This document shows, in pieces, positions 14,247 to 25,000 of a DNA stretch of 64,000 nucleotides; position 1 is the first letter of the stretch, and every line of letters starts with the position of its first letter. The translations under genes and the position numbers were made by a program. Location: contig CP158635.1 in NCBI GenBank assembly GCA_050273025.1, positions 15,128,001 through 15,192,000 on the forward strand. The letters are read 5' to 3'. The DNA comes from Cenococcum geophilum (Eukaryota). The notes under the pieces are model-generated. The model saw only the letters and a list, made by a program, of their open reading frames with translations, searched no databases and had not been told where the DNA came from.

Positions 14247-16098
14247 ACGTAGTCGGCAAGCCAACGGGCCATGCAAGCCTTTGGGCCACCCCACCAAACC
14301 ACCAAGGATAAATATAGCAAATTACTCAACTACGAACGATTGTATTTGGTGTAGCTATTTACTAGCTACTTATTTAACGTCTAGGGCACGTACGTGCATT
14401 GTGTTCTATTGATTTGCACATGCTATACTTGCGCACTGCCCGTTGCGGTCGCTCAGCCGCTGCCTCTACTGCCCCCTCTACTGCCCTTTCCTAGACAGCT
14501 TGTGCACGAGATAGGCCTTCTGCTCCTGATAGAACACCCCCCTTAGCTATATACGTGCGCCGCTATGCTCTCTTCCATTTCTGGCGCTGGTTTTCTATAT
14601 ATAGCTTCTCATTTTCACTTGCAAGTAGGACAGCGCTTAATATTGCCATTTCGCACCCCTTGATAAGCTGGCTAAGGGCTTATTCTGTTAGACTTAGTAG
14701 GCTATGCGTACGCCGCCTAAGATAGCGCCTTAGTAGAGCCGTCTGCTGTTATAGCTTAGCAATATTATAGGGTGTTTCAGCTGCCTAAGATGCATTTAAC
14801 TGCGGACGGCGTTGGGGTAATGGCGTCTAATATTCAGTGTGCAGCTATACTAGCACGCGGTCAGGGCTATATGGAACTAGGCCAGTAGCTGCGAATCCTG
14901 CCAGTATATTGTTCCGATGTAGTGCTATAGGCCTAGCCTGCCTATATAGTGGTAGGAATTCGTGTTTATTAATATGGTTAATGCCGCGGCCCATAAGCTG
15001 TTTAACGAGGCGTCCGTACGATTGCTTAAGGACCGAGAAGCAGCCTACATCCAGCGGCTGTAGTAGATGCAACGAATGCGCTGGCATACAGAGGACGACT
15101 ATCTGATGATCCAGGCAGTACCGATCAAATTCAGGCGATACGTGACTGTTGTGGCCATCTAGTACTAGCAGCCGATACGTGCCAACCGTGTGATCCTTTG
15201 TATGCTTATTAAAAACCTCCGTTAACTAGGTTAGGCTAATCTCATTTGTCGTCTAGCCATTATTGCTAACACTAATTAACTAGTTGTGTGGGATAATATT
15301 ATTCTTATACCAAGCAGCTTGGTGCATTACTGCCTTAAAAATAATAAGTGGCGGAATTGCGACCCCTAGGGCATTAATATATTCAATAATTGTAACCCAT
15401 TCTCAATTGCCTGGCTATACTATTCTAGGCCGGCCAGCCCTATTAGTTCTAGTAATAACTTTTATAGTTGCAATAACACCTATCTAGTAGCCAGTTTTAT
15501 TAAAATTCTAAGTATCCTCGTTAAGAATCCCATATTAAATTTTTATATTTTAGACGCGTTTAAACCAGGCTCGAATAAGTATAGGATCCTCGCATTTAGC
15601 ACGCTGGTAGTCGTACTTGCGATTCCATTTAGATTATAGGTTATTATGGCGCTTAATAAAGTTGTGTACCCATTGCTCGCCAACTAGTTGTGATTTAGTG
15701 TGCTAAGTAGCCAAAAGGCTAGCTATCTGCCGTACGGTAGCAACCCTAGGTGGCATACCGCGTTAATCCATTAATAGAATCCACTGCTTAAGGCTCTCTT
15801 CTTGCACTGGTATAAGACGGCGATTTGGGGCAGTAGAACCGCGTCTTAGTTTAATGCCTTTATTGCGTTACTGGGCTGTTGTTCGGGGTACATTATATGT
15901 CTTTACGGCAGATCGGAAACTTAAGATTTGGCCTTGCTTATAGGCATTAAGAGCTAGAATAAGTCTACCCTCTTGAAAAAGGGGTTTTCTTATTGTGGTG
16001 TAGCCATTGAAGTAATAGTTGAGTAACGCGTCGCGTCTTTGGCGATTTTGATGGGGTGGCCCGGAGGCTTGCATGGCCCGTTGGCTTGCCGACTACGT
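14247..16098 (-). mobile_element. Fot1/pogo-type (Tc1-mariner superfamily) DNA transposon, 1852 bp, nested in LINE ORF1
   Basis: ~52-bp TIRs beginning ACGTAGTCGGCAAGCCAACGGGCCATGCAAGCC, with TA TSD at 14245..14246 and 16099..16100. Confidence 0.95.
14374..16007 (-). pseudogene. Fot1-like DDE transposase (HTH_psq, CENP-B HTH, DDE_1, C-terminal zinc knuckle), moderately RIP-damaged
   Basis: QEGRLILALNAYKQGQILSFRSAVKTYNVPRTT; RLLVLDGHNSHVSPEFDRYCLDHQIVVLCMPAHSLHLLQPLDVGCFSVLK; YSMCKSIEHNARTCP. Contains internal stops and a frameshift near the ATG. Confidence 0.92.
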
Positions 16099-17889
16099 TA
16101 TATACTTAGTTTATATTTTCTTATTAAAGCTATTAGATTTGGGTAATTTTAAGTCTTAGTATAAGGTATTCCGTTTATTTTACTATTTTATATATAGTTG
16201 CTGTATTATCTACCTAGTATTCCTTTTCTACCTTAAGGTTTAGGGGAACCGCTAGGACTTTAACTAGGTAATCTTTATAGAGCACTTTAATACCAATACG
16301 TTCTCCTAGCCTATCCCCTACCCTAATAGCTCGTTTCTTTGCCTATTAGTCCCTTAGGGTAACTCTAATATCTCTACTCCTAAGGTATTGGATTATAACA
16401 ACGTTATAGACCTTTTTATAAATCTTTATAAGGACTTTTGTTTCTAATTATCCCCTAAGCCCCTCTACTTTTTCTATACTTGGTTATATTATAATTATAT
16501 ACCCAGATATTGTCTTTAGGGGGGTAGGTTCCCTATACTATAGACGCGTAGCTATAGCGGCCTAGGTACGGTTCGCCGGTAAAAAGGAATTATATTTATT
16601 TTTAATTTTACTTAGCCGTTAAAGGATTTAATTAAGGGTTTGCTAGAGGGGTGCCTATGGTTTACTGGACTAGCGGAGCTATTCTACTAGCTGCATTAGT
16701 TCGTTATAGCTAACGGTTACTCCCCTATAACTACAAATACTAAACGCGTCTAATAGGCTTTGTATTTTATTAGATGCCTTCTTAATAGAGGTCTTTCCAC
16801 TCTATAGTATAGTATTCGCCCGTTCTTATTATGGAGGGCCATTGCTAGGCGTGGTTTTGGTAGACGCGCGCGAGTGCGAACTACCGTCGTTTAACGTATG
16901 CCTCCCCTGCAATGCATGCATCTTAGGGGGATTCTCTAGGTGTTTTTCAGGGTTCTTTTAGTTGGTTTTAGTCTTTTTGGGCCGGGTGCAGCAAGAGCTC
17001 CCAGAATTTATATTAAAGAAGTGTTTATAAGATATAAAGCACTAAGTAAAATTATATTAGATAGGGATTTAAGATTTATAGTAGTATTTTAAGAGGTATT
17101 TTTTTTAGCGGAATAGGGAGTTAGAGTAGTAATTTTTACTATATATTATCTATAGATAGATAGGTAAGTAGAAAGATTAAACTAGATACTAGAATAGTAT
17201 CTAAGTTATTATATTAATTACGCATAGAATAATTAGGTATTATTATTACTAATAATATAGTTTATATATAATATAACACTATAAGAAGGTATAGAGATAT
17301 TACTATTTTAGGCAAATTATTGATATAAGCCTAAAATATTGTTGTTATTATAATAAGTAAAGAAAATAAGCGGTATAATAAAGTAGAGAATAGAGACTCT
17401 AATAAATCTTTATAAGGACCTTTATTTTATAGCAAGATTAATATTAAAAAAAAGGTATTATAATACTAAGAAATCTAAGGAACTAGATCTTAAGGAGGAG
17501 GATAAAGTATAGCTATTATATAAAATTTTCATAAGCTAACAACTAAGTAAGAAGTTAAACTACGTTAGATTAGGATTATTTAAAATTATAGCTAAGATTT
17601 TAGAAGTTATATATAGACTTAACTTACTAGCGAAAATAAAAATCTACCCTATATAGTATATCGCGATGCTAAAGCTAGTGTACGGAGATATAGAGCTATT
17701 AGTTTATAAAGTAGATATATATAAAGGACAAAAAAAAGATAAATAGTAAGTTTTAAAGATTATTAGTTATAAGGACATTAATAATAAAATATAGTATAAA
17801 GTAAAGTAGATAGGCTATAATAAGATTACCTAGAAGTTACTAGAGAACCTAAAGAATTCTATAAAAAAAGGTATAGAAGTATTTAAAAA

Positions 17890-18519
17890 AACGGGCTAGG
17901 TAATATTAAGAAGGAGCTAAAGATAAAGGAATTAGTTAAAGGTAATAGGCGAGCTGGATTATCTAGGGGATCTACTACTAGTATATTAGTTGTTTCCGCC
18001 TTAGCTTAATTAGAATCCTTTTTAGCCTCCTTAACCTTAAGCTTAGAGAGACCTTACTCTATAAGGTGTAGCTCTTTTAAGTATACCTTTTTATATACTT
18101 TTATTAAATAAGATAATTAAGTATAAGTATTAAGCTAAGCCTTTAGAGCCTAAGACGCCTTATTAAAATAACGTTAGACCTTAATAAGAGCCTTAGCTAG
18201 CTTACTCTTTAGTCTTTTAGCCGCTACTAATATATAAGACCCTAAAATAGATTAAATAAGAAACGAGACGATTATATAGAATTATAAGACGTATATACTT
18301 AATATTAAAAACGGATTAAATATTACAGGATGATCGCATGTTTGCTCGCGTATACTTAGTATAGGAAGAAGGTTAGTGACTAGATAGAGCCGCGATCGTA
18401 ATATATACTAACTTTTTCTCCATATAATAAAAATAGGATAGTATAACTTTACTAAGTAAAAGAATAAATATTACTAGCTAGTTATAATAATTAAACGCAG
18501 AGGATTTAATAGGAGGTAT
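17890..18519 (-). pseudogene. Antisense accessory gene of Gypsy-1: Zn(II)2Cys6-like domain, one intron, coiled-coil
   Basis: Minus strand reads KVILS(C)FY(C)MEKKLV(C)ITIAALSSH*PSS(C)TK(C)TRANMRSSC, where bracketed C = TAT from RIP of TGT. Spacing is Cx2Cx6Cx13Cx2Cx8C. Homologous to 58335..59018. The left boundary is approximate. Confidence 0.72.
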
Positions 18520-18627
18520 TAAAAATAATAAAGGTTATTAAATTAAGAATAGAAATACTATACCTCTAATAAATAACTTAAAGATAAGGGATATCTTTAA
18601 GGATAAAAATAAAGAGGAGGGGGATAG

Positions 18628-19046
18628 TGTTACGGATCTTATATTAGCAGTAGTAGCACTATTAAGGAGAGATATAAATGGACTAGTAGTGGAAGTATAG
18701 AAGGTGCTAAAACTAGTTAAACTATAGGATAAGGGGTAGCTAAGTTATATAGCTAGTTATATTATAAGTTTAGAATATAGAAATATAGGAATATAGGAAC
18801 GTAATATACTAATATACTAACGTACTAAAGTACTTAGTACATTTCTTAGGCGCAGTATTATATATTTAAAGGACTACAGTCCCTACCTAAATGGTTCTTT
18901 TTTATAGTAAATCTTAGAATATAATTAGAGTTAATCTATTAGGTAACTACTCTACTAGTTATTATTACATTATTAACATTTTATTTACCTATATACCTAG
19001 CCTATTAGTAAGTCCACCATAGTTCCTACTATAAGGCTTTATTATA
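18628..19046 (+). repeat. 3' LTR of Gypsy-1
   Basis: Direct repeat of 3574..3994, preceded by the polypurine tract and followed by the AATAT TSD. Confidence 0.95.
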
Positions 19047-19081
19047 AATATGCTAATAATATATATAGTATAGTCTTATAG
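19047..19081 (+). pseudogene. Displaced C-terminal tail of the DUF3435 gene
   Basis: Removing the Gypsy element and one AATAT copy rejoins ...HKMHL**Y to ANNIYSIVL* in frame (RIP-corrected HKMHLQQHADDIHGTVS*-like), with the stop at 19079..19081. Confidence 0.75.
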
Positions 19082-21044
19082 AGCGCTATAACTATTTAGA
19101 ATATAAATTTACTCTATAAATAGTGTAATTTTAGTTTTAATACTAAGGATTAATTACGGTAAGTAGTCTTAAAGAATTTCATTTATATTTTATAAGATAG
19201 GCTATTTTATATAAACGCTAAGAAACTTTAATAGTAATAATAGAGGTTAAACGCGTTTATATTTCTCTAAGGGGATATTAGGCTTTAAGTATTTTAAAGA
19301 TAAAGCGAAGCTAATAGAAGAACGTATATACTAGTTCTACAGCCGGGCTATTCTAAAGAGATATCTCTACTATAAGTACCTTAATTAACTTAAAAAGGGA
19401 TAATTAATTAGGTATAGCTATCCAAACTATAAGGCAGCCCTTAAGAATAACTTATATATTCTGCGTTATGCCTATAACGTACATAAGACCCTAACGCTTC
19501 TTTAGTTTCCTATCTTTAAATAAAGTAGTAGGATCTTTAGAACTATGTAAGTAGTATATATTAGGTATTCTACTAGTCTTAATTAAGGGATACTAGTGCG
19601 TAATTAATATTGTAGCCTTAGTTATATAAGCTAAGTAGTTATACAAGCTAGGTTAAAAGCTGCGTAGTTTAGCCTAATACTATTTACGTCTAGTACGCAA
19701 ATTGGTAGGAAGTATATACTATCTTAGCCTAAAAGGCCGCACTAACCTATTAAGTTTAGCAGGCTGTGATGAATAATAGGTGGATTAGCAATTAACCCTA
19801 TAATTTTAGATTGCGTTATATAGTATATTATAATCTAATTAGTATTGTTAATTCGTTTTAACCCTAAATAAAAATTTATAGGCTTATTCTTCCTTATATG
19901 CTAAATATTACCTTTAATTAGATATATAAAATGACTTCTAACTTATCTTAAGATAATAAAGTCTCTAACCCCTTACAGGAGCCTTATAATCTTAAGGTAG
20001 TAAAGGAATATCCCCTATAAGGATTATAGACGCTATATTAGCTTACTTTACCAATAAGCTTTATATACAGTCGTTACAACCACATTAAGAAGGCAAAGCT
20101 CATAGCAACACGCGATAAAAATTGGGATGCTTTTTACTATAATGCGTATTATAGTCTACTTCTCTTAAAATATTAATAAGGTCCGTAATACCTAAGCCTA
20201 CTAAGCTCCTAAAACGTCTTAAGTATTTATAAGTCGCAGCTATTAAATCGGTCCTCTCGTGATTACCCTTAAACTTAAAAGGCTATACCTTATCTTATAT
20301 TTGCCGCTACTAAAGTTAAATATTAGTTGGCCCCTCTAACCAACTAGTAGGAATAGTTCTATTTAAAAGGCAAAGTTATTAGCTATTTTGCGAAAATAGT
20401 TTGACTATATATTCCCTAAAATGCTTTAGCTGGATAATGGTAGAATATATATAGGTTAATAATAAATCTAGGTTTTAGATTGGCTAATTACCACGGAATA
20501 TTTTTAAAGTATACTTTAGAAGTGTAACTCTTTACCACTACCTTATATTAAAGATCTCGCGGCTAAGGATTTAGTACCTAGGCTGTTGTGTATATTCTTA
20601 TAGCATATGCTAGAAAATTGTATTAGCAGTATTTGTTATTTAAGTATTTGCTAAAGGTGAAAAGGCTAGACTTATTATTAGATCCTTACTCCTCCTTGCC
20701 ATTATTATAGTCCCTCTTGTATATAAATTAGATTATTTTCTTAATAGTGCCAGAATTAAACTTATTAATATTTATAATATTAGTTACTACCTCCTACCTA
20801 TTAGTTAGTTAGTTAGGGTCAATTCCACTAGATATTTAGTTAACTTTACTTAAAAGCCTTTATTATAGGCAGATGCAAGTATAGGAGATTAAGTGTATAT
20901 AATCGCTTTATAAACTTTAAGCTTTAGCCCCTAGTATATAAGTTTTAAGTTGCTATATTTCTTATTGTCTATAAGCTGCGCTAAGTTAAACCAAATACTT
21001 TAAAGTAGTATATTTTATTAGCTTTCTTTCCTAATTCTAGTTTC

Positions 21045-21807
21045 TGTAACGAAGCCTTATAGGAAATTCTATAGTAGACTTGTTAATAGGCTAGGTATAT
21101 AGGTAAACAAGAAGTTAACAACGTAATAATAACTAGTAGAGTAGTTGCTTAACAGATTAACTCCAATTATATTCTAAGATTTACTATAAAGAAGAGAAAC
21201 TATCTATAGAGACTATGTGTCTTTAAATATATAACTCCTCCCCATAGTAAAGGGTTTAGTAGCAGGATCTATAGGAGGTAACTCCTACTAAGCTCCTAGA
21301 AAAGAGATATTAGTAAGTAAAAGGACAGAAATAAATTACAAAAGGACAGGGAAAGGCGTTAGGATTTCTTATTCCTTATAGTTTTCTACCGTTTTCTCAT
21401 TCCCTAGTAGTTGCTTATAACTTAGTATTTTACTAAGGAACTGTAAACCCCTAGTTTAGGGGCTTATAAACTACTAGGACATAGTTACTAGTACATATTA
21501 AGCTGCCCTAAGGGATTCATGTATATAGGACTATAGCGCCATAGCCTAGAGGCTGCATGCGCAGTATTGTACGTAGTATAATACAATGGATATTAAAAAA
21601 AAAAAAAAAAGGGTTTAGTACGTTAGTACGTCACATTTCCATATTCCCACGTTCCTACGTTTTAAACTTATAACGTAACTTATTACGTAACTCGGCTACC
21701 TCTTATCCTATAGCTTAATCGGTTCCAGCGCCTTCCGTGCTATTTTAACCAACCCGTTTATATCCCTTTTTAGTAGTTGTACTACTGCCGATATAAGGTC
21801 CGTAACA
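21045..21807 (-). mobile_element. Solo LTR of the Gypsy-1 family, containing a 346-bp retro-insert
   Basis: Termini TGTAACG...CGTAACA and 5-bp TSD GTTTC (21040..21044, 21808..21812). Both ends align with the reverse complement of 3574..3994. Confidence 0.92.
21262..21607 (+). mobile_element. Poly(A)-tailed TPRT-type insertion (5'-truncated LINE 3' end or SINE-like element)
   Basis: A16 run at 21595..21610 and a 13-bp flanking duplication AAAGGGTTTAGTA (21249..21261, 21608..21620). Removal brings the solo LTR to ~404 bp, close to the 421-bp LTR size. Confidence 0.82.
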
Positions 21808-23675
21808 GTTTCGACTATATCTTAAGCAATATTTAAGGGAGTAATTTAGTGTTAAATAGGACGGTTAAGAATAAGAACTCTACTTTATTAAACGTGGCCC
21901 TAGAGCCTCTATATATATATTAAGAAGTCGTTATTAGCTTTATTTAATCTGTAACGGATTTAGCTAATTAATTAGAGCTTTAAACGTTAGTCGCTTAACT
22001 AAGGACTAGTATAACTTCTAAGGTTTTAAAAAGGGTAAGTAGTAGAGTATATAGCCGCAGTGCCTAGAATAGCTAGTAGTTATATAATAGAGGCTTAGTT
22101 AAAGGACGTGTTCCTATAGCTTAGGTTAAGGCTTTGCACTCCTCTAAGCCATATTGAGTAAAGTTAAATAGTATTATATTCCTGCATACCGGCCCACTAA
22201 TTACACTATTTTACTCTTTCCTTAACTATATACTAATATATCCTATATACCGGCCTATCTTTTATATATACCCCTATACTAACCTAATAATGTTATAAGT
22301 ACTTACTCTAATAGCTGTATATAGGTTATACTGCTAATCGCTTATTTAACTATCCCCTAGAACTTATTACTATTACCTAGCTTATAAGATTAGCTATACT
22401 TATATAGTTTATAAAATTAAGTATTAGGTTTTAAAAGACTAATTCTATATAGCCTTTCTATCTTTATTATAAAAGATATTAAACGTTATTATTTAGGCGC
22501 CCTATTTAGTAAGTATTTCGCACCTATTTTATATCCATTTCCCCCCTATCTAGGGGCTTGTGTATATTATAGCTTATTACCTATCTACTTTTTAATATAT
22601 TAGATCTATTATTGCCTTTCTATAGTTTTGGTCTATAACGTCATTTAAATAAAAAAAGTATATTTATACTAGGTATTTTAGCAAGGCTAGGAAAAAAGAG
22701 CGTAGAGAGGGGGGTTTAATTTTAGTAGGGGTTATAAGTATAGGCGAACGTAAAAGTATAACGTAGGAAGGGCTTTAGGCTTAGTTATAGAATAATAGTA
22801 AATTGTTAGACTATTATATAAGCCGTATAAGATCTTATATTCTCTAAACGAAATTAAGTAATTTAAGCAGCGTAGTTCCTCTATATAAACTTAAATTATT
22901 TTCTATATAGAAGTAATGTAGCTACCGCAAGTATTAGCAAAGCCTAGAATACTAATTTAACTATAAGGGGGGGCCTAGTAGCCTAGTTAGCTTTATTAAG
23001 TTCCTAAACCTCTTTATCTAATTACTTGAAAGCTTTCTTTCTACCTTTTATAAACCGTATATCACCGGAAAGGTAATTAGACGTTATCGCTTCTCCATTA
23101 TAATTAAGTGCCATTATAGCTAATGTGCTACCACGGTAGCCCGGTACGGCTAAAGATATTTTAATAATTATATTATATATAGGAACCGTAGTCTAGCGAA
23201 TATTAGGTAAAATATATAGAATGCTAATAATCTTATAAATCTTTAAGATTTTAGGGACCTGCTCGCTTATAATATAGGTAATTACTTACCTTTACTTTAC
23301 GTAATTTGCCTTCTTTTTATCTAATAAATGTAATATCTTGTTTTTTATTCTCCTTAAAAATCTTTTCTCCTAACTTTGGAACCTAATAGGCCGACCCTAG
23401 GCCTATATTAGATATATCTATTATAATAATAGGTATCTAAAAGTAGTAATTAGATTACTAAAGATATAAAAAGGGCGGGTTATATACTACCTGCTTTAGC
23501 GGGTAAGTTATTATCGGTCTTTAGAGGTCTTTAAAGGTTTTAGAGGTTTATTTATATATTAATTAGTAAAACCCTAGTAGAGGTAGTATATACGTATTAG
23601 TAAGGTTAAAGTATGTAGTAGTTTTTACTAGAGCAATAAGGAAGTATATAGATTTAAGTTAGGTTATAAACGGTA

Positions 23676-24101
23676 ACGTATTCCACCATCGAGCCAGCAG
23701 AACCATCGAGCCGGCAAGTCCATTTCCCCACTAAAAATTATAAAAATCACAATATAATATCTTAACAACCACTTAATAATAAATTCTAATAATTTAGATT
23801 TAGACTTTTATATACACTCTACAGCTTCTATTAAAGTTGCATAGTAAATAGTTTAGTAGTTTTTAAGGTATTAAAATTTGGGGGCCAAAATATAGCCAAA
23901 TTACTATATCTTAAAAACTACTAAACTATTTACTATGCAACTTTAATAGAAGCTGTAGAGTGTATATAAAAGTCTAAATCTAAATTATTAGAATTTATTA
24001 TTAAGTGGTTGTTAAGATATTATATTGTGATTTTTATAATTTTTGGTGGGGAAATGGACTTGCCGGCTCGATGGTTCTGCTGGCTCGATGGTGGAATACG
24101 T
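23676..24101. mobile_element. Fold-back MITE 1 (426 bp) with Fot1/pogo-type ends
   Basis: ACGTATTCCACCATCGAGCC... termini, TA TSD, ~190-bp near-perfect inverted arms (23676..23867 / 23910..24101) and a ~42-bp spacer. Confidence 0.92.
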
Positions 24102-24452
24102 TATAGAATATATAAAGGCAGGCCTAAATATAACTTACTAGACGGCATAAATATAAAAAGACGCCTGTTTTAGCCTTGCTATAAATAGTAAAAGATTAGT
24201 AAAGGGTAAGACTAAGTGTACTTATAGAATATAGGAGGTTAACCTATTATAAGTAGAGAAGCCTAGCTTGGCCGTTTATAAGTGTAATTATATAGTATAG
24301 GGGGAGATATAAATTAGCATGCTATAATTATACGTAAAAAAGCGAAAACGTTATATAATAGCCTTTACTATACTATTTACGGAAGGAACAGCTCTTACTA
24401 GCAGAGAGATATATTCTTCTTTAAACTAATCGCTAAAGCCTTAATCCTAGTA

Positions 24453-24877
24453 ACGTATCTTACCACTCATCCGCCTACACCAGTCACCCGCCCACCCTAA
24501 AAACCCACTAAAAATCGGAAAAACTGCACCTTAATATCTTAACAACGGCTTAATAATAAATTCAGAAATTTTATAATTAGCCTTTTATATATATTTTAAA
24601 CCTCTTATTAGATTTAAAAAGGAATCTATTAAGTAGCTCTAGAGATATTATAATTTAGCTTAAGATTAGGGGCTAAAACCTAATATCTTAATAATGGCCA
24701 GGCTTATTACGCTAGAACTTTATTAAGAGTCTTAATATAGGTATAAAAGGCTAATTATAAAATTTCTGAATTTATTATTAAGCCGTTGTTAAGATATTAA
24801 GGTGCAGTTTTTCCAATTTTTAGTGGGTTTTTAGGGAGGTGGGTAACTGGTATAGGCGGATAAGTAGTAAGATACGT
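24453..24877. mobile_element. Fold-back MITE 2 (425 bp) with Fot1/pogo-type ends
   Basis: ACGTATCTTACCACTCATCCGCC... termini, TA TSD, and ~135-bp inverted arms sharing the core TAATATCTTAACAAC..CTTAATAATAAATTC with MITE 1. Confidence 0.9.
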
Positions 24878-25000
24878 TAACTATATCCTTTCTATCTACG
24901 TCCTTATTATATATATCCCTATTATTATTACTATCCTCTTCTATACTATACCTTATATTATATTTTTTATATTTTTTATATTTTACGCTCTATCTATTAT

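Larger units (their letters stand above)
9619..17000 (-). mobile_element. Tad1-clade LINE, apparently full length (~5.5 kb without the nested Fot1), RIP-degraded
   Basis: 16-bp TSD CTAGAATTTATATTAA (9603..9618) / CCAGAATTTATATTAA (17001..17016), with an (ATT)n tail at the left end. Minus strand shows ORF1 CCHC knuckles (~13900-14070), an AP endonuclease start (LSII*YNYSNTNH...LAI*EPY, ~13200-13320) and RT motifs (KEGKANYLILGSYRPITLKNTLSKILKK ~11700-11780; EIP*GLPLLPILFLFF ~11310-11355; GFINN for FIDD ~11250). No RNase H recognised. Confidence 0.92.
3574..19046 (+). mobile_element. Gypsy/Ty3 chromovirus LTR retrotransposon (Gypsy-1), full length, RIP-degraded, with nested insertions
   Basis: LTRs at 3574..3994 and 18628..19046 (start TGTTACGG), 5-bp TSD AATAT (3569..3573, 19047..19051), PPT AAAGAGGAGGGGGA at 18611..18624. 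Domain order: gag (~4036-5080, CCHC relic ~5030), protease (~6960), RT (~7480-8060, [22 protein letters not shown]), RNase H (~8340-9020), integrase (~9250-17350, interrupted), chromodomain (~17740-17880). Confidence 0.95.
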
